Below are positions 37,160-45,862 of a DNA stretch of 64,000 nucleotides, piece by piece. Under the pieces are notes generated by a model. The model was not told the DNA's origin and did not search any database. It was given only the letters and a program-made list of their open reading frames with translations. The position numbers and the translations under genes are program-made. The stretch's first letter is position 1, and each line of letters starts with the position of its first letter. Source of the DNA: Candidatus Xenobia bacterium (GTDB lineage Bacteria; Vulcanimicrobiota; CADAWZ01); contig JAVBNT010000003.1 in the NCBI GenBank assembly GCA_031551355.1, positions 1,520 through 65,519 of the forward strand, in the 5' to 3' direction.

Positions 37160-38695
37160 ATGACTGTAATAATGGACGGGCACAGCCTTACAATAGAAAA
37201 TGTCGTCAATGTAGCAAGACACGGTGAAAAAATTGAAATCAAAGCCGAAGCAATTGAAAAAGTAAAAAAATGCCGCGCACTTCTTGAGAAAAAGATCAGC
37301 GAAGGCGAGGTTATGTATGGGGTAAATACGGGTATAGGAGAATTCTCGGAAATCGCATTGTCCGAAGAACAGGTAAAGGAATTTCAGAAATACCTTGTAT
37401 ACAATCATTCGGCCGGCATAGGAAAGCCTTTGCCAATTGAAGACGTAAGGGCCGCTATGCTGACAAGAATAAACGTCCATATACACGGCAACTCCGGCTG
37501 CAGACCCGAAATTCCTCAGACCCTGGCAGCAATGCTCAACAAAGGTGTCACGCCGGTGGTATGCGAGAAAGGTTCCGTCGGAGCATGCGGTGATTTAGCT
37601 CCTATGAGTCAGGTGGCACTCATCCTTATGGGTGAGGGCGAAGCATTCTACAACGGAGAGAGGCTTTCCGGACGCACCGCTATGGAAAAAGCAGGCATAC
37701 CCATACCAGGATTAATGGCTAGAGACGGACTGGCACTGATAAACGGTTCCAACTTTATCGCCGGTATCGGTTCGCTTTTTATCTACGATATTGAAAATTT
37801 GATTGCACAGGCGGAGATCGCTGCAGCAATGAGCCTTGAAGCGCTTCTCGCAAATATGAAACCTTACGAGGCCACACTGCATGAACTGCGCGGTTTCAAA
37901 GGCGCGATTACATCGGCTGCCAATATAAGGAAAGTAATTGAGGGTTCGGATCTGATTTCCGGAAAAATGAGCGTTCGCGTTCAGGATGCATATTCCATGC
38001 GTTCAACGCCCCAGGTAATCGGCACGGCAAGAGACCAGCTGGCCTACACAAGAAAACAGTTTGAAATTGAAATAAACGGCGTTATGGACAACCCGATATT
38101 CCTTCCCGACGAAGACAGAGTTCTTACGGGAGCAAACTTCCAGGGAACCCCCACGGCCCTGCCTATGGACACAACCGGTGCGGCAGTGGCAATGATCTGC
38201 GTTCTTTCGGAAAGAAGGCTCAACAGATTGCTAAATCCAGCCCTTAGTGCCGGACTGCCGGCCTTTTTGACTAAAGGCGCAGGTATGTTCAGCGGGCATA
38301 TGCTCAGTCAGTATACAGCCGGAATGATGATTGTCGAGCAGAAAATACTCAGTGCTCCGGCATCAATACAGTCAATACCGGCAGCAGCCGATCAGGAAGA
38401 TTTTGTCAGCATGGGTATGAATACAATCCTCAAGACAAGGCAGATAATAGAAAATGCCTATGGAATCCTGGGAATAGAACTCATTGCCGCCGCTCAGGCC
38501 CTTGACTTCAGAGAATTCGAATTCGGCAAGGGAACAACGGCGGCACACAGGGCGATCCGAAAAATTGTCGAGCATCTTGATACCGACAGACCGCTTTTCA
38601 AGGATCACAACGCGATGGCCGAAGCTGTAAAAAATTGTAATGTTCTTAAAGATGTTGAAACGGCCATCGGTAAGATGACCCAAAGCTGGAACTAA
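37160..38695 (+). CDS. Aromatic amino acid ammonia-lyase family enzyme, histidine ammonia-lyase-like, with Ala-Cys-Gly in place of the MIO-forming Ala-Ser-Gly
   Basis: YGVNTGIGEFS, LVYNHSAGIG (His at the HAL selectivity position), GSVGACGDLAPMS, NGSNF, QDAYSMR and ADQEDFVSMG are conserved HAL/PAL blocks. Confidence 0.8.
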   Translation: MTVIMDGHSLTIENVVNVARHGEKIEIKAEAIEKVKKCRALLEKKISEGEVMYGVNTGIGEFSEIALSEEQVKEFQKYLVYNHSAGIGKPLPIEDVRAAMLTRINVHIHGNSGCRPEIPQTLAAMLNKGVTPVVCEKGSVGACGDLAPMSQVALILMGEGEAFYNGERLSGRTAMEKAGIPIPGLMARDGLALINGSNFIAGIGSLFIYDIENLIAQAEIAAAMSLEALLANMKPYEATLHELRGFKGAITSAANIRKVIEGSDLISGKMSVRVQDAYSMRSTPQVIGTARDQLAYTRKQFEIEINGVMDNPIFLPDEDRVLTGANFQGTPTALPMDTTGAAVAMICVLSERRLNRLLNPALSAGLPAFLTKGAGMFSGHMLSQYTAGMMIVEQKILSAPASIQSIPAAADQEDFVSMGMNTILKTRQIIENAYGILGIELIAAAQALDFREFEFGKGTTAAHRAIRKIVEHLDTDRPLFKDHNAMAEAVKNCNVLKDVETAIGKMTQSWN

Positions 38696-38719
38696 ACTGT
38701 CTATATCTGTATAATATCA

Positions 38720-38757
38720 AAAAAATGAGAGGGAGCTTTGGCCCTCTCTCATTTTTT
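38720..38757. terminator. Bidirectional rho-independent terminator
   Basis: AAAAAATGAGAGGG-agctttgg-CCCTCTCATTTTTT between convergent genes. Confidence 0.8.
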
Positions 38758-38775
38758 ATTAGCTGTCTTTAACCG

Positions 38776-40038
38776 TTACTTATATGAATAAACATAAACG
38801 ACTCCCATCGTCGGGAAAAAAAGCTGCGGGGTCATAGGTTCCTCGTTGACCTGACCGTAAAGGCCCAGAACGTAAATATTGCCGGTGGCTTCATTGTAAC
38901 TGGCCGACAAAGGATAGATATTCTCCTCGTTTCTTGATGCCGGCGGCGGAAGTTCTCCGATTACAGCTCCGGTGGAAGGCTCTATAATATTTACGACATT
39001 GGGAATAGCGGCGGTTGCACATATGATTTTACCTTCAGGTCCCCATGAAAGCTCCATCCTGCACTGAGAGTAAAATCCAGCATAATCAGATTTAAAGGCA
39101 TAATGATAATCCCAGTCGCCGGCAACTGTATAACCGTCTTCTGATTTTACCAGTTTCGCTATTTTATAGTAAAATTCAAATTGCTGCTCCCAATTTGTAG
39201 GGGGAGGCGCGGGAGCCACTTTATACGTATTATAATGATATCCTATATATACATTGCCGTCAGTATCGGCAATAACGGAATCAAACAAAATTGCCTGAAA
39301 AGTTGCACCTGAAACTTCAGGGATAAGTACAGACAAATCGGTTTCACTTATCAATTCATGCGATACGGCACCAAGCGAACCTCTTTTTGAGAATATAATC
39401 AACTTATACTGCTGGGCTATTAAATCATAATTTAAGCAATAAAGTTCACTGCTGTTTTTCGAGAAAAACATCGAATTTATAACATCAAAACCGTTATTCA
39501 TCTCATAAAAAGGAGCCATCGTCAGAGGAAGAGGAAAATAATTATAATTAATTCCCAAAGCCGGAGGAGAAAACGGTCTGTTTAAAACATTCGTATAAAA
39601 AGCGCTCTCTCCCGGTATTAAAGCAAAAACCGGATATTCAATAGCACCATACTCCAGAGGAGAAGGGAACAAAGGGGCGCCAAGCGGCAAAACGGTATTC
39701 ATCTGTGAATTTGAAAGTCCGATATTAAACATTTGATAAGGAGAAGCAAATCTATCCGGCTCAGCGTTATAGGCGCAGCCAAACAATTCTTCCGGCGAAC
39801 CTTTAGACATGGGCTCAGAAACCCTTAGGGAACTGTAAGCGCCCCAAAAACCGGCCAAATCGTAAACCCCGCTGTAAGAAATAGCTCTGGGAGTCGGAGT
39901 CGGAGTCGGAACCGGAACCGGAACCGGAGCGGGAACAGAGCCCGAACCCAGGCAGGTATTACAGGGAGAATCTGAACAACCGGAAATTACCATCACCGAC
40001 AAAAACAAAACACTGGCAATCAAACAAAAATGCTTCAT
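38776..40038 (-). CDS. Lipoprotein of unknown function (Pro/Val/Thr linker, probable beta-rich body)
   Basis: Lipobox VISGC, then PAPVPVPVPTPTPTPR. No recognisable catalytic motif. Confidence 0.6.
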   Translation of the reverse strand: MKHFCLIASVLFLSVMVISGCSDSPCNTCLGSGSVPAPVPVPVPTPTPTPRAISYSGVYDLAGFWGAYSSLRVSEPMSKGSPEELFGCAYNAEPDRFASPYQMFNIGLSNSQMNTVLPLGAPLFPSPLEYGAIEYPVFALIPGESAFYTNVLNRPFSPPALGINYNYFPLPLTMAPFYEMNNGFDVINSMFFSKNSSELYCLNYDLIAQQYKLIIFSKRGSLGAVSHELISETDLSVLIPEVSGATFQAILFDSVIADTDGNVYIGYHYNTYKVAPAPPPTNWEQQFEFYYKIAKLVKSEDGYTVAGDWDYHYAFKSDYAGFYSQCRMELSWGPEGKIICATAAIPNVVNIIEPSTGAVIGELPPPASRNEENIYPLSASYNEATGNIYVLGLYGQVNEEPMTPQLFFPTMGVVYVYSYK

Positions 40039-40165
40039 AAAAAATACATACCTCCCAAAATAAGATTTAGATATTATACAAGCTTATAGAATTGAATAAA
40101 CACATGAAAAAACCTTCACCTCATCACATATTTATATTTATTTTTTTTACATACAAAAACCGTGG

Positions 40166-40284
40166 ATTAGCATTACCGCCCGCAGGCTAAGGCAAATCGG
40201 ATTGCAGACGAGCGGAGCGTAGTCTTTTCTACGTGAAGCGAGCAAATATCCGCTTTGACGACGCATGCGCTAGCAATTCACTGC
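40166..40284. repeat. Family B palindromic element
   Basis: ...CGCAGGCTAAGGCAAATCGGATTGCAGACGAGCGGAGCGTAGTC-tttt-CTACGTGAAGCGAGCAAATATCCGCTTTGACGACGCATGCGCTAGCAATTCACTG. Confidence 0.7.
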
Positions 40285-40336
40285 ATCTGGAAATTGGGGA
40301 TTGACATTGAACCATGATCCTGATAAACTATTTCGT

Positions 40337-40423
40337 GGAGAGCTGGCAGAGTGGTCGATTGCGGCGGTCTTGAAAACCGTTGGTGGGGTAACTCACCCGG
40401 GGGTTCGAATCCCTCGCTCTCCG
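40337..40423 (+). tRNA. tRNA-Ser (anticodon UGA)
   Basis: A hand-folded cloverleaf: acceptor GGAGAGC/GCTCTCC, 3-bp D stem, anticodon stem GCGGT/ACCGT with loop CTTGAAA, long variable arm (TGGTGGGGTAACTCACCCGG), and T arm GGGGG-TTCGAAT-CCCTC. No encoded CCA. Confidence 0.9.
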
Positions 40424-40473
40424 TTTTTTATTTCCCCTCAAAAAAACAAACATCGAATATATAAGGTTTCTTT

Positions 40474-40962
40474 ATGCACATTTTCAAACAAGCACTAATC
40501 ACATTTCTAATCACACTATTCCTATCCTCACCACTTTTTGCCCAAAAGCCTATAGACAATTCAGACCTGCAGCTCGGTCCCTTTAAAGTCGGCAATAATT
40601 TTGATATGGAATTGTCAAAAAAATTATTAGGCCGGTTCGAAGAAACGAAAACAAGCGACTCGTTAAAAGGCATCATAAAAAGATTCTATTTTGAAGACGG
40701 AATTGTCTGGTCCATCAACGGAAAAATAGTCGGCGTCTACAGCTACGCCGAAGCATCCGCAAAATTAATGACTCCAAGAGGACTCAATACCGGCGACTTA
40801 ATCGAAAAAGCAATAAAATTATACGGCAAGCCGTCAAAGACCGAAAAACTGGTCAAGGGAAAGTTATTGCATTATTCATTTATAAACAAAAATAAAACAG
40901 TGTCAGCCGCTACCGATAAAAAAGGAAAAATCGTTTTTATTACGGTAATGGATGAAATTTGA
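40474..40962 (+). CDS. Secreted protein of unknown function
   Basis: Signal peptide MHIFKQALITFLITLFLSSPLFA. 162 aa. No motif recognised. Confidence 0.55.
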   Translation: MHIFKQALITFLITLFLSSPLFAQKPIDNSDLQLGPFKVGNNFDMELSKKLLGRFEETKTSDSLKGIIKRFYFEDGIVWSINGKIVGVYSYAEASAKLMTPRGLNTGDLIEKAIKLYGKPSKTEKLVKGKLLHYSFINKNKTVSAATDKKGKIVFITVMDEI

Positions 40963-41149
40963 CGGAAAGTTATAGAGCCGCCTGCAAGCCAACAGCGATA
41001 ATATTATTCCTCATCATAAGGCGGTGAAGCGGCGTTTTGTATTGAAAAAATTAATGCAAATTCCCCGGTATTTAAACAATAAAGGTATTGAGCCGTTAAG
41101 CGCCAATAATTCCTGATTACAAAAAACAGATTAAAACAAAGGTACCCAT

Positions 41150-42340
41150 ATGAAATACCGTATTGATCCCAGAACCGGCAAAGAACTTTCCGTCCTCGGT
41201 TTTGGCTGCATGCGTTTCCCGATAAAAATGGGAACAATAGACATGAAACGCACGGAAAAACTCGTAAAAACAGCCATCGAACAAGGCGTCAACTATTTCG
41301 ACACCGCATACATCTACCCCGGAAGCGAAGCGGCACTGGGGCAAATCCTGACAAAAGAACTGCGCGATAAAGTATACATCGCCGACAAACTGCCGCTGTT
41401 TCTGTGCCGCAGTGCATCCGATCTCGACAAACTATTTAACAAACAACTGGAAAGACTGAAAACAGACCGTATAGATTACTATCTGATGCATATGCTGGCC
41501 GAAAGCAAACAATGGGAAACTTTATGCGGATACGGTATCGAAAAATGGATTGAAGACCAGAAACAAAAGGGCAGAATCGGGCAAATAGGATTTTCATTTC
41601 ACGGCATCAGGGACGAATTCCAAAAAATAATTGATATGTACGACTGGGATTTTTGCCAGATACAGTACAACTATATGGACGAAAACAATCAGGCCGGAAA
41701 AACAGGCCTGATGAAAGCCGCCGCCAAAAATATCGCCATCATCATAATGGAACCGCTTTTAGGAGGAAAACTGGCCACCGGTTTGCCGCCGGCGGCCGTT
41801 AAAATATTTAAAAAAGCAGATTCGGAGCTCACTCCCGCCGCCTGGGCGTTAAAATGGCTCTGGCATCACCCTGAACCAACTGTTTTGCTGTCCGGCATGA
41901 GCGATGAGTCAGGGCTTGAAGAAAATCTAAAAACTGCCGAAACGGCTGAACCCGGAAACTTAAACGATTCCGAAATGGAGTTGTTCACCGAAGTCATAAA
42001 AATTATAAAATCCTCATACAAAATTCCCTGCACCGGCTGCGGATATTGCATGCCATGTCCATTCGGGGTTAATATACCAATGTGTTTTGCGGCATATAAT
42101 GCTTCTTTTGCGATCAGCAAAGGAACGGGAATGCAGCAGTATATGACCAATACCGGAAGTCTCAGTCCCCAGCGCCACAGTGCAAGCGTCTGCAGAAAAT
42201 GCGGCAAATGCGAATCTCACTGTCCTCAAAGTATACCTATAAGGCAAGAGCTTGCCAATGTTGAAAAAAGGATGGAGCCATTCTGGTATAAACCGATATT
42301 ATCGATCATAAGAGCCGTAGTCGGCATAAAAAGCAAATAA
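41150..42340 (+). CDS. Aldo/keto reductase with C-terminal 4Fe-4S ferredoxin-like domain
   Basis: GFGCMRFP, NYFDTAYIYPGSE, DYYLMH, plus CGYCMPCPFGVNIP and CRKCGKCESHCPQSIPI. Confidence 0.85.
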   Translation: MKYRIDPRTGKELSVLGFGCMRFPIKMGTIDMKRTEKLVKTAIEQGVNYFDTAYIYPGSEAALGQILTKELRDKVYIADKLPLFLCRSASDLDKLFNKQLERLKTDRIDYYLMHMLAESKQWETLCGYGIEKWIEDQKQKGRIGQIGFSFHGIRDEFQKIIDMYDWDFCQIQYNYMDENNQAGKTGLMKAAAKNIAIIIMEPLLGGKLATGLPPAAVKIFKKADSELTPAAWALKWLWHHPEPTVLLSGMSDESGLEENLKTAETAEPGNLNDSEMELFTEVIKIIKSSYKIPCTGCGYCMPCPFGVNIPMCFAAYNASFAISKGTGMQQYMTNTGSLSPQRHSASVCRKCGKCESHCPQSIPIRQELANVEKRMEPFWYKPILSIIRAVVGIKSK

Positions 42341-42361
42341 AAACACTTTGGAGAGCTATAA

Positions 42362-43234
42362 ATGAGAAAAATATTTACATTTCTTTTGTTAGTCACGGCA
42401 GTCTTTCAAACGGCATGCTGCACCTTAAACGCCAATGAAGAAACAGATTGTTCAAAATTGGAAAGAGAGACTATTAAAACAGTTGCCGAAATAGATTTAA
42501 GCAAATATTTTGATGGATTTAACGGATGCGCCGTTTTCTACAATCCGCAAAAAAGCGAATATCTCGTATACAACAAAAAACTAAGCGCACACCAATCGTC
42601 GCCATGTTCTACATTCAAAATAGTTTCATCGCTAATCGGTCTGGAAAACGGCACGATAACACCGTCAAATCCATCACTTAAGTGGAGCGGGGAAAAATAC
42701 TGGAACGACAATTGGAACAGAGACACGGATTTTGAACATGCCTTTAAAACGTCATGCGTATGGTATTTCAGAAAAGTGATCGATATTTCCGGAAAAAGTG
42801 CCGTAGCGGAAACGCTCGAAAAACTGAATTACGGAAACCGTGACATAAGTGACTGGGAAGGCAAACTGAACACAAACGAAACCAATCCGGATCTCACGGG
42901 TTTTTGGATTGAGTCTTCATTGAAAATATCACCATGGCAGCAAACAGACATTTTATACAAAATATTCACCGGCAAAACAGGGGCTGATAAAAAAAATATT
43001 GATATTCTCAAAAAGGCTATGCTGGCGGAAGATAAAAACAGAACAAAGATATACGGCAAAACAGGGCTGGGCGTAAAAGACGGCAAACGTGTTGACGCCT
43101 GGTTTGTAGGAATGTTCGAAAAAAATAATAACACGACATATTTTGCCGTCAGACTTGATGATCCCGACAAAAAAGATGTGTCTAGCCAAAAAGCAAAAGA
43201 AATTGCCATAAATATTATTAACAATAATTTCTAA
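42362..43234 (+). CDS. Class D (OXA-type) beta-lactamase family protein
   Basis: Signal/lipobox, then S-T-F-K (CSTFKIV), S-x-V (SCV), YGN, K-T-G (GKTGLG) and WFVG, all in the canonical order and spacing. Confidence 0.8.
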   Translation: MRKIFTFLLLVTAVFQTACCTLNANEETDCSKLERETIKTVAEIDLSKYFDGFNGCAVFYNPQKSEYLVYNKKLSAHQSSPCSTFKIVSSLIGLENGTITPSNPSLKWSGEKYWNDNWNRDTDFEHAFKTSCVWYFRKVIDISGKSAVAETLEKLNYGNRDISDWEGKLNTNETNPDLTGFWIESSLKISPWQQTDILYKIFTGKTGADKKNIDILKKAMLAEDKNRTKIYGKTGLGVKDGKRVDAWFVGMFEKNNNTTYFAVRLDDPDKKDVSSQKAKEIAINIINNNF

Positions 43235-43301
43235 CCTACTTATGTTTACCGTTTTAACTCTAAATCCGTGATCTGATGAAAAGAAATTATGCACCATATA
43301 C

Positions 43302-44075
43302 CTATAACTTTATCGCCTTAGTTGCCCAAAAAGTCGGAATACCGTCGGCACATGTATCAGGTTCATTGTTATCAGGTTCATTGTTATAATCCTCATAAGC
43401 TCCTGTGATAACAAAACCGGCCTTGAGCTGACCGCCGACTTGTTCGTCAAAAGTATGGCTAAATTGTATGCCATCATCTCTATTCTGAAGTTTTGCCATC
43501 TGCTCCGGGTTTTTCAACGGATTAAACGGCAGTTTATTTACAACCGTAAGCGGCCTTTCAAAACTGTCAAACAAGTAATTTATGCCATTATCCATTCCGG
43601 CAAGCAACATGCCGCCGGGCCTCAGAACCCGATAGCATTCCTGCCAGATATGGTAAACGTCCTCTACATAGCAATTTGATACCGGATGAAAAATCAGATC
43701 AAATGAGCAATCCTCAAAAGGAAACCGCTTTGACATATCAGCTTTGACCATTTTTATAGAATACCCCTCACGCTGCGCCACAATTTTCTCACTTTCAAGC
43801 TGCCTATCAGACAAGTCCATAACAGTACAATTTGCCCCAAGTATAGAGAAAACCGGCATCTGTTGTCCACCGCCGCTTGCCAATCCAAGCAAATCCAAAT
43901 CTTTTAACAATGGAAACCATTCTTTAGGGACAGATTTTATTGGAGTGAGAACAACATTCCACTCACCAAGCCGAACTTTTGCGCAGGTTTCCGCTGAGAT
44001 CGAAACGCCCCACTCCCACCCTTCATCCACCCATCGGTCGATCATTTTTGCGTTTGTTTCGGTATAGTCATCCAA
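43302..44075 (-). CDS. Class I SAM-dependent methyltransferase
   Basis: LLGLASGGGQQ (motif I) and LRPGGMLL. TTG 44075 follows AAGGAGA, whereas the track start at 44180 has no SD. Confidence 0.7.
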   Translation of the reverse strand: MDDYTETNAKMIDRWVDEGWEWGVSISAETCAKVRLGEWNVVLTPIKSVPKEWFPLLKDLDLLGLASGGGQQMPVFSILGANCTVMDLSDRQLESEKIVAQREGYSIKMVKADMSKRFPFEDCSFDLIFHPVSNCYVEDVYHIWQECYRVLRPGGMLLAGMDNGINYLFDSFERPLTVVNKLPFNPLKNPEQMAKLQNRDDGIQFSHTFDEQVGGQLKAGFVITGAYEDYNNEPDNNEPDTCADGIPTFWATKAIKL

Positions 44076-44205
44076 AATATATGCTCTCCTTTCACATTTA
44101 TTTTTTTGATTCTTTCCTGCTTGTAACCGGTAAATATATGGTATAAAAAAGGCCGCCCCCATTGGGAAACGGCCATCCATTGTTAATCAAATATTTAATT
44201 TTTAA

Positions 44206-45603
44206 TTACTGATTTTTGGTATTCTGAAAGCTCTGGTTATAGCCGTAGAGAATACCGGGGGTTATGACCAAATCTTTGCCTTCCTTAAGTCCCTGAATAG
44301 TAAACTTCTCATAATCAGTGCTGTTAATTCTGGTACTGCCTTCTGTGCCTGCTTTATAGTCCGGTGAACTGTATACAAGTTTATCGCCATCATATATCGC
44401 AAAGTTTTTATTCGTTTTAGCGTCAACCACCATATTATCCTTACCGAAGATTTTACCGCCGCCAAACAGTCCGTTAGGTCCGCCGCTGGCATTGACAACA
44501 CCGCCGCCCTCACCAAGACGTACAATAGTCGTGTCGTCACCGGTTCCCTCTTTGACATTTACAAATGAAGGTCCTTTGCCCATAATAACTTCCGTTGTGT
44601 CATTGCCGGAACCGCTGTTATGGTTTACAACCATCGGTCCTTTGCCGCCGACATAAGTTGTTTTATCATTACCTGCACCAGTGTTAGTATCAGCATATAA
44701 ACTATTCTTAGCTTTTATAAAGGTCTTATCATCGCCAAATCCTGTCCTTACGTTAGATTCAACATTCCTACCACCATCTATAACAGTTGTCTTGCTGCCA
44801 AAGTTGCCGCTAACATCAGCTCTAAGATTATCCCGGCTGCGAAGCTCAGTAAAATCTTTTCCGGTTCCGGTGTTAACAGTAGCATTCAGTTTGCCTCTGC
44901 TGCTAAGACGTGTTACATCATTGCCGCGACCGGTATCAGCGTGAACCGTTGCTCCTCCTCTTCCTGCATTGTAAGTAAATTTATTATCTTTTGAATTACC
45001 TATATATTTTAGACGTTCATGAAAAGGCCTGGTCTGTCCATGATTGTGATGGTCATGGTTATGTGTATTATTATGATTATGATGATGGTGGTGATGGTGA
45101 TGTACCGGCGGATGATTTGACGGAGGATTATAAACAGGAAGCTGTGATGTCCCACTGTTTCCGTTCCAGTTATTGGCATCATTAATACCTTGCTGATATC
45201 CGTCAACATATCCATTATTATAATTCTGACCATTGTCATAATAAGGATAATTCGGCATCTGATAACCGCTGTTAAGCCCTGTTGACTGATTCTGCTGAGC
45301 CATCTGCATCATTATCATCATCATCATCATCTGCTGCATCTGCATCTGCTGCTGATACTGTTGAAGCATCTGCTGCATTCCTTGCATTCCCTGCATTCCG
45401 CAGCAAGGCATCATCTGGCTGAACAAAGACATTGGGGACATTCCCATTCCACCGATGTTCGAGTTGCAAAACGACATCGGCTGACCCATAAGCATTGATG
45501 CGCCGAAAAAGTTGCCGAATGCCTGAGAAGAGATTCCCATATTCAACGACAGCGAAACATTTTGCGGGGCGCCAAAACCAAAACCTATGACTGAGTGAGA
45601 CAT
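44206..45603 (-). CDS. Low-complexity / repeat protein: Met-Gln-rich tract, Asn/Tyr/Gly-rich tract, poly-His tract, then ~10 RTX-like TG.G.D repeats
   Basis: ATG 45603 follows GGAGG. Tracts: MQGMQGMQQMLQQYQQQMQMQQMMMMMIMMQM; HHHHHHHHNHNNTHNHDHHNHG; repeats such as ADTGRGNDVT, NTGTGKDFT, RTGFGDDKT, NTGAGNDKT, NSGSGNDTT and EGTGDDTT with a period of about 19-20 aa. No signal peptide. Confidence 0.7.
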   Translation of the reverse strand: MSHSVIGFGFGAPQNVSLSLNMGISSQAFGNFFGASMLMGQPMSFCNSNIGGMGMSPMSLFSQMMPCCGMQGMQGMQQMLQQYQQQMQMQQMMMMMIMMQMAQQNQSTGLNSGYQMPNYPYYDNGQNYNNGYVDGYQQGINDANNWNGNSGTSQLPVYNPPSNHPPVHHHHHHHHNHNNTHNHDHHNHGQTRPFHERLKYIGNSKDNKFTYNAGRGGATVHADTGRGNDVTRLSSRGKLNATVNTGTGKDFTELRSRDNLRADVSGNFGSKTTVIDGGRNVESNVRTGFGDDKTFIKAKNSLYADTNTGAGNDKTTYVGGKGPMVVNHNSGSGNDTTEVIMGKGPSFVNVKEGTGDDTTIVRLGEGGGVVNASGGPNGLFGGGKIFGKDNMVVDAKTNKNFAIYDGDKLVYSSPDYKAGTEGSTRINSTDYEKFTIQGLKEGKDLVITPGILYGYNQSFQNTKNQ

Positions 45604-45862
45604 TTTAAAATCCTCCGTATATTTTTTTATCAGTTGAGTAAAGTATACCATCACTACACCGGAAGCTCAATACATTTAACAAACATTTTACTTTTATTTA
45701 ACAATTAAAGAAATTAATAAGAATCAGTTAATATAATGTTCACAAAAGAAGCATAATTCATATATAGATAATATATATCAATATTTTCACAGCATAAGCA
45801 GGAAAGATGAATTTAGTTTATAATGTACCCTTGACAAAATGTATATTTTAAGGAGAATCATT

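Noticed and set aside
40337-40423. A tRNA with a long variable arm near selenium genes could be tRNA-Sec (selC).
   Set aside because: The anticodon loop is CTTGAAA, so the anticodon is UGA (reads UCA, serine) and not UCA. The acceptor stem is the normal 7 bp, and the fold is a standard type II tRNA-Ser.
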